From: Phyllosticta citribraziliensis
Taxonomy: Eukaryota
Direction: 5' to 3'
Length of the DNA stretch: 64,000 bases
Assembly: GCF_038025025.1 (NCBI RefSeq)
Contig: NW_027117349.1
Span: forward strand, 1,302,001-1,366,000
Part shown: positions 12,501 through 23,900 of the stretch, one piece after another
Layout of the letters: every line of letters starts with the position of its first letter
Numbering within the stretch: position 1 is the stretch's first letter
The notes under the pieces: model-generated
The model's input: only the letters and a program-made list of their open reading frames with translations
The model's database searches: none
What the model was told of the DNA's origin: nothing
Program-made: the position numbers and the translations under genes

Positions 12501-13074
12501 GCCCGCGCTCTGCGCCTCCGCCTGCCGCGCCGCGGGCTTTCAATTCGCCGGGACGCAGTACTCGTCGGAATGCTGGTGCGGCAACACGCTGCCCGCAACC
12601 AACACGTCGCTCTCGGACTGCTCCATGACATGCTCGGGCGACAGTTCGCAAAAATGCGGCGCCGGTTACCGCATCTCCGTAACCAAAGACACAACCTGGA
12701 CGCCCTCCTTCTTCGCGCGTGCCAGCTACGGCACGTGGAGCCTGGCAGCCTGCTACGTCGACGGCGTCAATGGCGCGCGCACTCTGCCTAGCCAGATGGG
12801 CGTCGACGTGGCCAGCGCGACGGTAGCCAAGTGCCTGGACGCGTGTGCGGCGGCTGGCTTCGCTGTCTGCGGCGCTGAGTACTACCATGAGTGCTGGGCT
12901 GGCGCCAACTTGCCGGCGAGTGCGCTGCTCGCCGCTGGCGCTGATGCGCTGAGTGCTGGGTGCAATTATCCGTGTGCGGGCAATTCGACGGAGGCGTGTG
13001 GGGGTGCTAATCGTGTGCTTGTTTATGTTAATAATGGGACGGCGGCGGCGGGGAATTCGTCGAGGGTGGGTTGA
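9541..13074 (+). CDS. Secreted alpha/beta-hydrolase-fold protein with four WSC domains and two PAN/apple-like Cys modules; exons 9541-9836, 9885-10164, 10215-11303, 11351-11642, 11693-13074
   Basis: Signal peptide MHCSWSKVLLSAQALFGFAAVGNA, VIVLHG, nucleophile elbow VVAGHSLGAQ and GHD. Four GC(Y/W)xD...C...C...G(L/V/T/A)(E/Q)...C(W/Y)C...C...C WSC patterns. Two repeated CPSxxG...FxIEC...CIxxC...GCVDVS...CY(L/M)K modules. Ser/Thr linkers. Confidence 0.85.
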
Positions 13075-13623
13075 GCGTGTGATGGGATAGGGGTTTAGGT
13101 GTTTGGGTGTTTGGGTGCTGAGATTTGTTGTTTGTTTTCTCTCGCAATCTTATGCTGACTATTAATTCTCTGTGGTCAATGGCGCAGCAGTCTCTGCGCC
13201 AGAGGAAGATATATGGATTGCGCGACAACGGACACTCTTACCAGTCTTGTAGTAGTTCACCTAATTGCAGGATTGCAGTATATTCCCAGCTTTCAGTTAT
13301 TTGTACATGCAGGCAGGACAAACCCTCATCTGAAGCATGCTCCTCACCTCCCGGCAAATCAATTCGAACAGATAGAGTTGCGGCATGGCCCGGAAGTCCG
13401 TCCGAAAATCGAAGTCCGCGCAGGGTTGAACGGACGGGCGTTAGGTGCTCCGTGCGCCAGTGATCTGCGTCCCCGCGTGGAGATGTCATCATTGCCGACT
13501 CAATCATTCGCCAGACTTTCCACCCACCAATCCATAAATGTCGACTCTGTCGCCTTTCACACGTCGTGAACGAATCCTCTATCCTACCACTCGCCCGTTG
13601 TAACTCCACAGCTCTCGCTCGCT

Positions 13624-14256
13624 ATGGGCATGCCCGTCAACGACGCCCCGCCGCCCGCCACAAACGGCGCCGCCGCTGAACCCAACGCGCAAGCACCCGA
13701 CGCGCAAGCTTCCTCAACTGCCAACAACACCACCACGACTAACAGCGACGGCATACCACGCTCAACGTCCGACCTCCCGCCCGCCGCGCTCGACCTCGCC
13801 GCCAAACTCTTCGACCTAGCACGCGCCGGCGACGCCGCAACGCTCAGCGCCTACCTTTCGGCAGGCGTCCCCGCTAACCTGACCAACCACGCGGGCGACA
13901 CGCTGGTGATGCTGGCCGCATACCACGGGCGGGACGCAGCGGTGCGGGCGCTGCTGCAGTGCGGCGCCGACGCCAACACCATCAACGGGCGCGGGCAGAG
14001 TCCGCTGGCGGGCGCCGTGTTCAAGGGACACGTCGACGTCGTGCGCGCGCTCGTCGAGGCGGGCGCAGATGCGGAGGTCGGCGTGCCGAATGCGAAGGAT
14101 ACGGCGGTTATGTTTCGGAGGGAGGATATGTTTGCGGTGTTGGGTGTTGAGGAGGGGAGGGAGGTGCCGGGGATGGTCAGGCAGATGGTGCCTGGTGGGG
14201 CCACGGATGGAGAGGGTGGTGAGGACGGGGGTGCGGGCGGTTCTTGTCCGATATGA
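13624..14256 (+). CDS. Small ankyrin-repeat protein (about 3 repeats), intronless
   Basis: LFDLARAGD, GDTLVMLAAYHG...VRALLQCGADAN and GQSPLAGAVFKGHVDVVRALVEAGAD are ankyrin consensus motifs. Confidence 0.88.
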   Translation: MGMPVNDAPPPATNGAAAEPNAQAPDAQASSTANNTTTTNSDGIPRSTSDLPPAALDLAAKLFDLARAGDAATLSAYLSAGVPANLTNHAGDTLVMLAAYHGRDAAVRALLQCGADANTINGRGQSPLAGAVFKGHVDVVRALVEAGADAEVGVPNAKDTAVMFRREDMFAVLGVEEGREVPGMVRQMVPGGATDGEGGEDGGAGGSCPI

Positions 14257-14687
14257 GGGGCTGGGGTAATGGCAATGGAGTTTGGATTTGTCGCGGGTTG
14301 TAGGGTAGCGCTGTCTTTTCTTTTTTGGTACATCTTTTTAACCCTCGACCGTTCATCATTCTTGAAAATATTCATGGATTGGAATTATTGATTCCCGCAC
14401 GAGTCCGACGAATTCACCCGATAAGTATTGGAGTCGCGGGACTGACGAGATACAAACGATTCAATCACCAACCTTCAAAGTGAGACTGCCATTGGATTGT
14501 GCTGGTCGAACGTTTGGAGGGTACATGTACCTTCCTCCCTTTCAGAACAGCCCTATCGGTGAAACCCCGGAAACGCGTCCAACGTCTGCGCGTCACCTTA
14601 CCGCCCTCCGCTCCACTTCATCTGCTTCTTGAGACAGACGTCCGACCACCAATTACCAACTACGAGAAACCTCATACCGTTCTAGCA

Positions 14688-16255
14688 ATGGCGTCGCCCC
14701 CCTCCAATTACAACCTGTCGAAAAAACGGCCCTCATTGAGCGGCTCGCTGCCCGCAAATCCCAGCAAACGTCGCAAGCCGTCGACGGGCCCTTCAGGTCT
14801 GCGCCAGACATCGTTCCCGCCCGAGTCGTCGGAGCAGCGCGCCGAGTTCTCGCGGTCCCCCAGCGTCGACAGTAGCTTCACCGCGAATACCAATACGACG
14901 CGGAGGAAGGGGAAGAAGGGCAAGGGCGACGATGACGTGAGGAGCACGACGGGCACGAGCGTGCGAGGCGGCAAGGCGGCTGGAAGTGAAGCTGCGGACA
15001 AGGATGCGGAAGAGGAGGAAGACGATGAGGGTGGTGAGGCGTTGGATGCGGTCATGGAGGGACAGGGCGAGGCGGACGAGAAGCAGGAGGCAGAGCATCT
15101 GAGGTGGGCATGTCCAACGCACGCGAATGCTGTGGTTACTAATTTGGGCTGGCAGGATGCTCATCGACCATCTCGATCCTGATCAATCTGATCGATACGC
15201 CAAGTACCGCGCCGTCAAGCTCAAGAAGGAGATTGTCCGCAGGGTACGTCTGTCTTCAATCCTATCTGCAGAGCGGCGAAACTGACCAGGGGAATTAGAT
15301 CACGAACCAGACACTGTCGCAGTCGGTGCCCCAGTCCGTGGTCACGACCATAAACTCGTACACCAAAGTCTTCATCGGCTCCCTGATCGAGCGCGCTCGC
15401 ACCGTCCAAGAAGAGTGGCAGGCCGCGTCCGAATACGCACCCATCAACGACCCTCGCTACGCCGTCCTCAAACAAGCCCAGCAGCCTCCCGCTCCACCAC
15501 AGCAACACTCTGCACCGCCGACTCCGCATCCCCAAGCTCCTCCTCCCACAGCGCCGTCGGCCCCCCAGACGCCTGGCGGCTTTCACAATCCGTACGGCTA
15601 CTCTCACCTGCACCAGCAGCCGTACAACTCGGGCTCGACGCCCCACCAGTACTCGAATGTGCGCTTGCCCGGCCAGCCGAACAGCGCGTCGAGCACGCCG
15701 CCCACTCCGGGCCCCGTCTCGTCGTATATCCCGCAGCCCAGCAGCCCGGCTCCGCCGCCGACGGGCAGCGGCGCTGCGACGCCTACGGGCCCACGCGCAC
15801 ATACGCCGAATCCTGCTGCCTCGCAGCCGTCCAACGCGCCAAATCAGCCTCAACCCGCAAACGCCAACGCCAACGCCAATGGCACGCAGTCCACAAGCGT
15901 CACGACGAGCATCGATAGCACCGTCTCGTCGTCGACCGACACCGCCGCCGCCAAACCAACCAACGCAAACAACAACTCCAATCCCAACCCCACAAACACC
16001 AACACCAACAACACAGCCCTCCCCTCCTCGCCACCCCCATCCGACCCCGCCTTTCCCAAGATCCCGCCCGACGCGCCGCTGCGCGAGCGGCTCAGCGAGT
16101 GGGACCGCGGCCCGCTGACGCCGGACCACCTGCGCGAGGCGCTGCGGCGGTATAAGCGCGACCGCGAGGGCGGCGCCATGGGGTTTTTGGGGCTGAGTCT
16201 GGAGGGCAGGGAGAGGACGGCTGGGAGGATGGGGGGGAGGCGGTTGTTTAGGTAG
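14688..16255 (+). CDS. TAF11: TFIID subunit 11 (hTAFII28-like histone fold); exons 14688-15103, 15156-15243, 15299-16255
   Basis: Spliced DQSDRYAKYRAVKLKKEIVRRITNQTLSQSVPQSVVTTINSYTKVFIGSLIERARTVQEEW and C-terminal GPLTPDHLREALRRY match the TAF11 histone fold. Confidence 0.9.
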
Positions 16256-16666
16256 GTAGGTGGATTGGGTTGTGTGGTGGTTGGTGCTTTGGTTGAAAGG
16301 TGGAGAGGGGTGGAGAGGGTTTAAGAGGGTTTGAGGGTGGAGGGGAAAGCAGTCACGGGCACAGGTAGGTAGATAAGGGGCAAACGGGAAGCATCAGATG
16401 CGTGCATACATCCATTCATAACATTACAACTGGAGAAGAAGCACAGGTCATAGCATGTGGATATCAAATTTTTGGGAAGTGCAAGTAGCCCGTTTTTGGT
16501 ATGTAGTCATTGCTACTACTTCGTCCAGCTACCTAGTTGCCACAGCCAGCCAGCTAAACGTCACCACCACCGGATGAGATTCGTGTGTTTTGGAGAGAGA
16601 ACAGAAGAGGGAAAAGAGGACCAGAGCACCCGGAAACGACAAAAAAGCAAGAGACGAGAAAATTGC

Positions 16667-18063
16667 TTAGTTGTCGGCGAGGGTCTGCTTGAACTCGGCA
16701 GCGAGGGCAGGGGCCTTGGGCTGCTCGACCTTCTGCTGGCCGAGCTTCTGGGCGGCGAACTGCTTGGCGTAGGGGTTGAGGCGGAGCAGGACCTGCTTGT
16801 TGCGGAGGGGGTTCTTCTTCTGGACGAGGGCGCGCTTGGTGATGGCGGCGCCCTTGACGGGCCGCAGCACGCTCTGGATCTCGGAGCTGTTGATGAGCTT
16901 GGAGATGTCGGCCTGCTTGACGAGGGGCGCGGGCAGGAGGTAGTCGCGCTTGAGCGCCGACGGCTCCGTCGTCGTGCCGTAGATCTTGTCGAGCGCCGCG
17001 AAGGCCGACGAGGTCCACACGATGAAGCGGCCGAGGTGGCCGCCGGGGGCGAGCTGCAGGAGGTTGAGCGAGTAGACGGACGACGACTCGACGCCGGGGA
17101 TGTTGCGGAACGCCTTGACGAGGTCCTTGCCGTCGGTCTCGGGGTCGTAGACGACGAGCGGGCCGCGGCGCTGGCGGTGGCGGCGGCCGCGCAGCTTGCC
17201 CTTTCCGGCGCGCAGCTTCTTCGAGTTCTTGGCCTTCTCGATGTCGGCTCCGGCGCCGACCGTCTTCAGCAGAGCGACGGCGGTCGAAGTCTTGGTGACG
17301 GCCGAGTTGGCAAAGGCCGACGACGAGACGACGAGGGGAACCTCGGGGACGGTGGCGACCTGGTGGCCGCGGGCGAGGAGGAGGGCGGCGTTGGAAGACG
17401 CAGCCAGGGCAGAGGCGGTAGCGAAGCGCCTGTTTTGCGGTTAGAGGTCGTCCTTGAGCGTCTGAACGCCGGAGAAACTCACTTCTGGCCCAGGTTGATC
17501 TTCTGGTGCCACTTCCTCCAGACCTTGGTGGGAGCGAACATGCGACCAGAACGGCACTGGTTACCAAAGGCGGCCTGACCAGCACGGTGGGTACCACCAC
17601 CAGAGACACGGGGGATACGAGCGACGGCACGACCTGCAATTCAATCCTTTCGTCAGCCTCCGCATCGTGGTGTTGAGAGCCTTTGCAGCCCGCCAGGAAA
17701 AAGACCGCCGTCCATCGCGCACTGTCCAATTGTACGGGTTTTTTCGCGATTTTCAACGGGTTGGCGGGCTGCGGGCGGGAAATGTCGACAACGTACCGGT
17801 ACCCCAGGACTCGGCGGAGGTCTGGTGGCCAGCCTTCTCGCTCACGGCGTACGGCTGCCTCTTGTTCTTGGCGATGCCGACGTGGACGGTCCTGCAGAAT
17901 TGCGCGTCAGCGACCGAGCAGAGGGCGTGATGGAAATGGGCGTGTTTGCGTACTGGACAATGTCCGGGCGGATGGGAGCCTTGAACACCTCCGGGAGGGG
18001 GTGCGTCTGCTCGCTGGGCTTGCCATCGGCAGCGATGATGGTGACAACCGGCCTGCTCGTCAT
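16667..18063 (-). CDS. RPL4: 60S ribosomal protein L4 (uL4); exons 18063-17954, 17891-17797, 17633-17483, 17429-16667
   Basis: MTSRPVVT...[11 protein letters not shown]...[34 protein letters not shown]...[14 protein letters not shown]...[17 protein letters not shown]. Three canonical introns; strong codon bias. Confidence 0.97.
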
Positions 18064-20572
18064 TTTGTCTGCTGTGCTGGGCTGGGGGGTGGGGGTTAGT
18101 AGACCGTCGAAGTTGGAGGTTGCAAGTCGTTGGCGGTCATGGTCGAATTTCGTGCGCCTCGCCTACGTTGCCGCATCGGGTCGCTAGCGCCGCGGTCACG
18201 CCGCCCGCTCTCCCAGGCCTCGCGCTGCCGCGACCATCACATCGCCTTGTTCACAACCACGCAACTGGCATTCTTCCGTTCAATCACTCGGAATATCTCG
18301 AGGCAGCTCTTCCGTTGCGTTGACTCAAGCTCGTCTGGGGATATGACGATCAGGTCTCGATTTACAGCTAAATCATCTCTCCTACTCTACTGCCAAGGTC
18401 GTCCACAATTCAGGAGAAGTCGAATTCATTGCAGGCAATTGGCGCTTGGTGCAGCTGCTTATGTCCCTGCTCATAGCATCCCCAAAGCCCGGATTACGTG
18501 ACAAAGACCATGCTCAAAGCCTCCCGGGTTTAGTCAGGACATGATTCACACACGCCTTAGCTGACAAGAGCTCGCATCCCACCAGCTCGCTCCATCCACA
18601 CTGCATGCAGCCATGTTTTAAAGACTGGAGATCGGGTTGAAATCTCCAGGAGCATTTATCTGGTTAATGTTGGCCTCTGGCTGAACGCCATTGTTTTTGA
18701 GCTCGCCTGCTTGGTCCCTGGATTTGGCACACGTATTCGATTAACCCTGTCGATTGACTTCAAGCCAGACGCCATCGGCCAATGCAAGATTGGGTGCGTT
18801 CTTGGTCATCTCGTGCTCTCGTTTCCTCGTTCGTAACTCATTCATCCACGCGCATTGAATTCAAGAGCCAGGGGTAAGGTAGATGATGAGGGCCACAGAC
18901 AAGAACTTGCCCGTGGCAACTCTGATAAAAGCATGGATGAATGAGGGCCAACTTTGCATTGTGTCGTGTGACTGGCTGGTGATGGCGCAACTGCAGACGA
19001 ATGCAGACGGTTTCGAGAACTGCGCTCCCGTTTTAAACAGCCAAGGCACATCAAAGCTGGGGTCGACTGGATACTGTGAAGGACGAGCTAGTGGCGATTG
19101 TCAAAAGTCTGGCCGCTCCCTGCCGTTGCACCCCGCAAGCACTATTCCGTAGTGGCGTCGATCTCCCGCTTTGCAGAGCAGCGCAGAGTCTTGAACCCAA
19201 GCGCGATAGCATTAAAAACGATAGTGCCGCTAGTGTGCAAAAGGGAGCAGACTGGAGAGGGACATGACTGGAATTAGAGCCCGAACAAAGAAACAAAAGA
19301 CGAGGCTGGGCGGCAAGAGCAAGGTTGATGTATTGGAAGTCAACAAACGAGAGATGAATTGGGCGAGGGGCAGGGAGTGGTCGACTGCTGTCAGGCTAAT
19401 GTGCAAATAATGTGCCTTGGGAGTCTAAGCAGCGCGCGGATCAACGGCGCAAAAATGGCGGTGGATGAATCAAAGGCTGGCCGGCAGGATGCAAAGCAGA
19501 TTTGAAGACACAAAGTCAGTTGATTATTTATAGCAGCCGGACATGGGTGTTGTCGGTACGGGACGAGTCGGGTCGAAGACGAAGTCGAAGACAAAGCCTG
19601 AGGCCACAGCGGGTCGAAAAGACGAGATATGAAAGAATGCAAGGCCAAAGAGATGAACTCATGATCGGCACTTGGACGCTTGTCGTTATTTGCGATGAAA
19701 CATGGCACGCACGCTCGGCGACGGCGCAAAAGAGGCGCGCAAGCTCCGTAGACATCACAAAGAGCAGAGACGCCTGGTGGCAGCGAGCAACTGTGTGTTT
19801 CAGGTGGCGATCCTGCGCGCCTCGAGCGAAATGCAGACGTGTGTAATGTAGCTAGGAGCATGCAGCGTGGCCGAGGTCAAGTCAGTCAGTCAGCACGCAC
19901 TGATTGTTCTCTCCACCGCGGCGCCAAATTGGCCCAGGGGCGAATAGAGTCGCTGTTCTAAATTTGGCCCATGCCACTCGCAGCCTAGTGGCCCAGTGAG
20001 GTGCAGGTGCAACTCCGACTCCGACTCCGCCTCCTCCCACTTGACGCCCGCCTGCCATCACCACCACACCCACCATCTCACCACATCCTCCTCCACCACC
20101 ACCACCGCTCCTCTCCGTCCTCAGCTCCAGTCCTCTACGACAACCACCGCCGCGCCGTCCGCATCCACACCCACAACCTCTCCCCCGTCCTCTTCCTAGT
20201 CCCTCCTGGATGCCGAACACCGACGCTCAGTCCCTCCGCACGCCGTGCAGGCTGTTACGCCTTTGATCTCCTCCGCCAACTCTCCTTTTCCCGCCCTCTG
20301 CTACAACTCCACCAGCCCGCCCGACGAGCCCGCACACACGCACGTCTCTGCGAGACCGTCGCCTCTGATCGCCTGCCTCCTGCGCTGCGTTGCGCTGCGC
20401 TGCCCTGTCCTGCGCCGCACGCTGCTCTACCCTACCTACCTTCTACCGCGTCCTTTGTTCGTCCTGACTCGACTGCACCCCACTGGCGCCGCTGCATCGC
20501 CATCCATTCCTTTGCGCGCTTAATTGAGATCCGGCATCTCGTTTCAAGCCTGCCTGCCTGTCCGCTTCTCCG

Positions 20573-20830
20573 GTACGTCTGTCTGCTCACCCGCCTCAAC
20601 CTCTGTACCCTTGCAGCGACCTTCGTTTCACCTTGTCTGTTGTGAGCCCGACAGCACGTCGCCTGGTCTACGGGCCCTGCCGCCGACACAACATGTGTCC
20701 AACCGCCCGCCCTCTCTCCCCTTCTTGCTTGCCTGCTCGCCATTCATTCACTTCGTCGCTCATGTCTTCAGACCAAACCGTGTTGACCGCGGCTTCGACC
20801 TCACAGACTAACCGTCCTTTTACCCTCAAG
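20573..20830 (+). other. Probable 5'-UTR intron of the phosphatase gene
   Basis: GTACGT donor at 20573, CTAAC branch at ~20808, pyrimidine tract and AAG acceptor at 20830, 139 nt before the ATG. Confidence 0.6.
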
Positions 20831-20969
20831 GTCCTTTGTTCCATAAATAACGTCTAATTTCGATTCCCCTCCCAACCGCGCCGCTCGACTTGCGCTCTCC
20901 ACTTCAACTTCACCCTTGGCCAAAGCCATCCTTCATAGCTTCTTGACGCCGATTATTTCTCTCCCGACG

Positions 20970-23900
20970 ATGCCCGTCCAGACCACGGCGCGACCTCACG
21001 ACGCTGCTGCGGCCATGCCGTCCTTCATGTCAGTATACGGGCAAGACCCAAAGAGCAACAAGGTCGTCGCAGGAGATGCCGCCTCTCGGACTGCCGCCGC
21101 TGCACCCGGTCAATTGCTCAAGCGACCGGCAACGAGCAGCGCCGTCTTGTGCGGCTCAAACGCAAACTTTGCGACTTTTCATCAACATAGGGGCAGCACC
21201 TCCACGTCCGCATCTGGCTCCACAGATTCGTCGCCCACCACCACGATTTCCACCATGGACGGCTCCTCGTTGACTGAACCTTCCCCCGGACCGTCCCCCG
21301 CATCGCCAGCGGCCAAGGCCTCGCCTTCTTCCTTTTCCCCGGACTTTCGGTCACGAAGTGCCATTGACAAGAACAAGCCCGGATCGGCCGACGGACCATT
21401 CTTCGAACTGCAGCGCCCAACTACACCGGCCAAGAAACCTCGAAACCTCAAAAACCTAGCCGTCAACACGTCTGGGTCACTGGGACTGGGTCGTCCCGCC
21501 ACCACGGCGAACCTACCGGCTGTACAAAATGCGCCGCCATCGTCATCATCGGCACCTTCGTCGCCATCCTTCGTAAAGCCACCTACTCCTCCCAGGCGCA
21601 GGCCGAGTAACCTAGCTCTAACGCTGCAGACTGGCAAGAACAATGCCTTGCCAACTCTCGAAATTCCGCCGACTCCATCCGTCAAGAGACCCAACACGCT
21701 GCGCCACTTTCAATCCTCGCCTTCGCTCCCGTTGTGTTCCCCCTGTGTGGCCCCCACTGGTGGTATGCAGTTGCCTCCCCCGAGCCGATCGAAGCCCCCA
21801 CCGCACGGTTTTGCCGAAGTTCCCATGGAGGCCGAGGAGGAAGAGCAGGAGCCCAACTTCGACGTTCCTCAGTCGCGAGAGGAAAAGCCGGCCGCTTATC
21901 CCAATGGACCGATTTGCATTTACGAGTCTGGTGTCTATCTCTACTTTGAGCCGACTGCCGAGCAAGCGTCCAATTACGACGTGGTTCTGAACGTTGCAAG
22001 CGAGGTCGTCAATCCTTTCGTCAAAAATGCCGATGAAACAGCAGGGAACGCCAATCTCGTTTCAAAGAAGGGTTTGCCGCCACCTCGCGAGTCCAAGCTT
22101 TTGCATTTGACCGACCGTGCTTTTGCCGAAGCGGACTCGGTGCCACAGACGGCATCCGATGCGCAGCCAAGTTCTCCGACCACGCCCAAGGCAACGCCCA
22201 TCTCCGGAATCACGCAAGACGAGTCCCACCAAAAGCCCGAGTACATTCACATTCCTTGGGAGCACAACACCGACATTGTCCCTGATCTGCATCGCTTGGT
22301 CAAGTTGATAGATGATCGTGTGCAAAAAGGAAAAAAGGTCTTGGTCCATTGCCAGTGCGGTGTCAGTCGCTCTGCCAGCTTGATTGTTGCCTATGGATTG
22401 TACAAGAATCCAGGCATCAGCGTCCAAGAGGCGTACGACGCGGTCAAGAAACGTAGCAAGTGGATTGGGCCGAACATGAACCTGATCATGCAGCTCCAAG
22501 AGTTTAGAAACGGTTTGCTTCGGAGTAGCGGTCATGGTCAAGCGTTTAAGCATGGCATCACGAGAAGAGTTTCGCCCAACCCGGCAGCATCTAGAGGCAA
22601 AGATCCGTTTGGCGACGAGGGATCCGGGTCGCGAACGCCCGCCACTGCGCCGCTGCCCGAGGAGTACGACTCGCCAGCGAATCCGCAAAGGGCCAGTACT
22701 GGCAACATGGTCATGGTCCCACCGGGTCCGACGTCTGCACCTTCCAGTGGGTGGAGTCCTGGGTTCCGCCGCACTTGGGATGCCTCCCAGGCGCCCCTCG
22801 GCTCACCCGTCGAGCAGCCTTTTGTGGACCCAATGGGCCACGTCATTCCCGTCGTCACCATTCAAAAGGAATCACCCGAAACGATACGGGAAGACCCGTC
22901 AAGGGACGGATCCAAGGGCAGATCGAACAGTCAAACAACTGTTCGACAGGTTTTTCACAAACCCAGTTTGCAACTTTCCAAGGACCAAGACGACCAGGCT
23001 AATGTGACGGAATTAGCGTCGGAGAAGCAGGGCGACCAAGCCAGGTTAGGCTCCGTCTCAGCCCCGTCCCTCAACAGGCCAACCACGTCCACGTCGAGCT
23101 TGCACGAGCGTCGCCAAAACAAGCCCAAGCCTCTCAACGAGCCCTTCTCGCCTCGCACAGCCTCGTTCAATCTTGCTCCAACCTCGGAATCAGATCATGG
23201 AATGGTCTCACCAAGAAATGGCAACTTTGCACTCCATGATCGCGCAAAAGGTGAGAGGCCAAACGACTCGGTCATCTCCATGTCGGATTGTTGCAAAGGA
23301 GGAAACAAGAGAAACACGACCGCTGAACCGCTTGCGTCCCCCAGATCCGAAGAATTTCACATGGCTCCGTTTCTTCCCAGTCAGGAATCTGACGATGATT
23401 TTGGCTTGCTTTCGCCGACGCGATTCGAGTTCCCCAAAAACCCGTTCGAAGGAATAGCCGCCTTTGCGCCGAGCGTGGGCCTTTCCGAAGACACCGGTCT
23501 GCGTGTGCACCCCATCCTTCCTGCTGCAACTGAGCCGCAACCACCTGCGTTCTCGCAGTTTGAGAATTTTGGGTTCATTGGCCCAGAGTCAGCCTCCCGT
23601 CCTCGGACGCCCTACCAGCTGGTCAAGAACAAGTATCCTCCTTCAGAGGAGCCCAGCCCGATGGCCATCGCAATCACCCAAAAGGACGCGGTCGCCTCGA
23701 AAGAGCCGTCGGCTGACACGGACCACCTCTCCGCAGAGCGCCCCAAGTTGCTGCGGGCGAAATTCTCGAACCCAGACCTACAGACTCAATTTCGTCTGCG
23801 CGCTCTCCAAGGTCAACTAGAGTCTCAGTTGCCTGACCACGCCGACCAAGACGTAAATGGCGAATCTGACGCGTTGTCTTCCCCTCGGGCCCACGAGTTT

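Noticed and set aside
16457..17756. Long alternative-frame and antisense ORFs over RPL4 (373 aa +, 400 aa -)
   Set aside because: Shadow ORFs caused by extreme codon bias of a highly expressed gene; no protein-like motifs.
18200..19900. Short ORFs between RPL4 and the phosphatase
   Set aside because: No coherent exon chain or codon bias; most likely a divergent promoter region.
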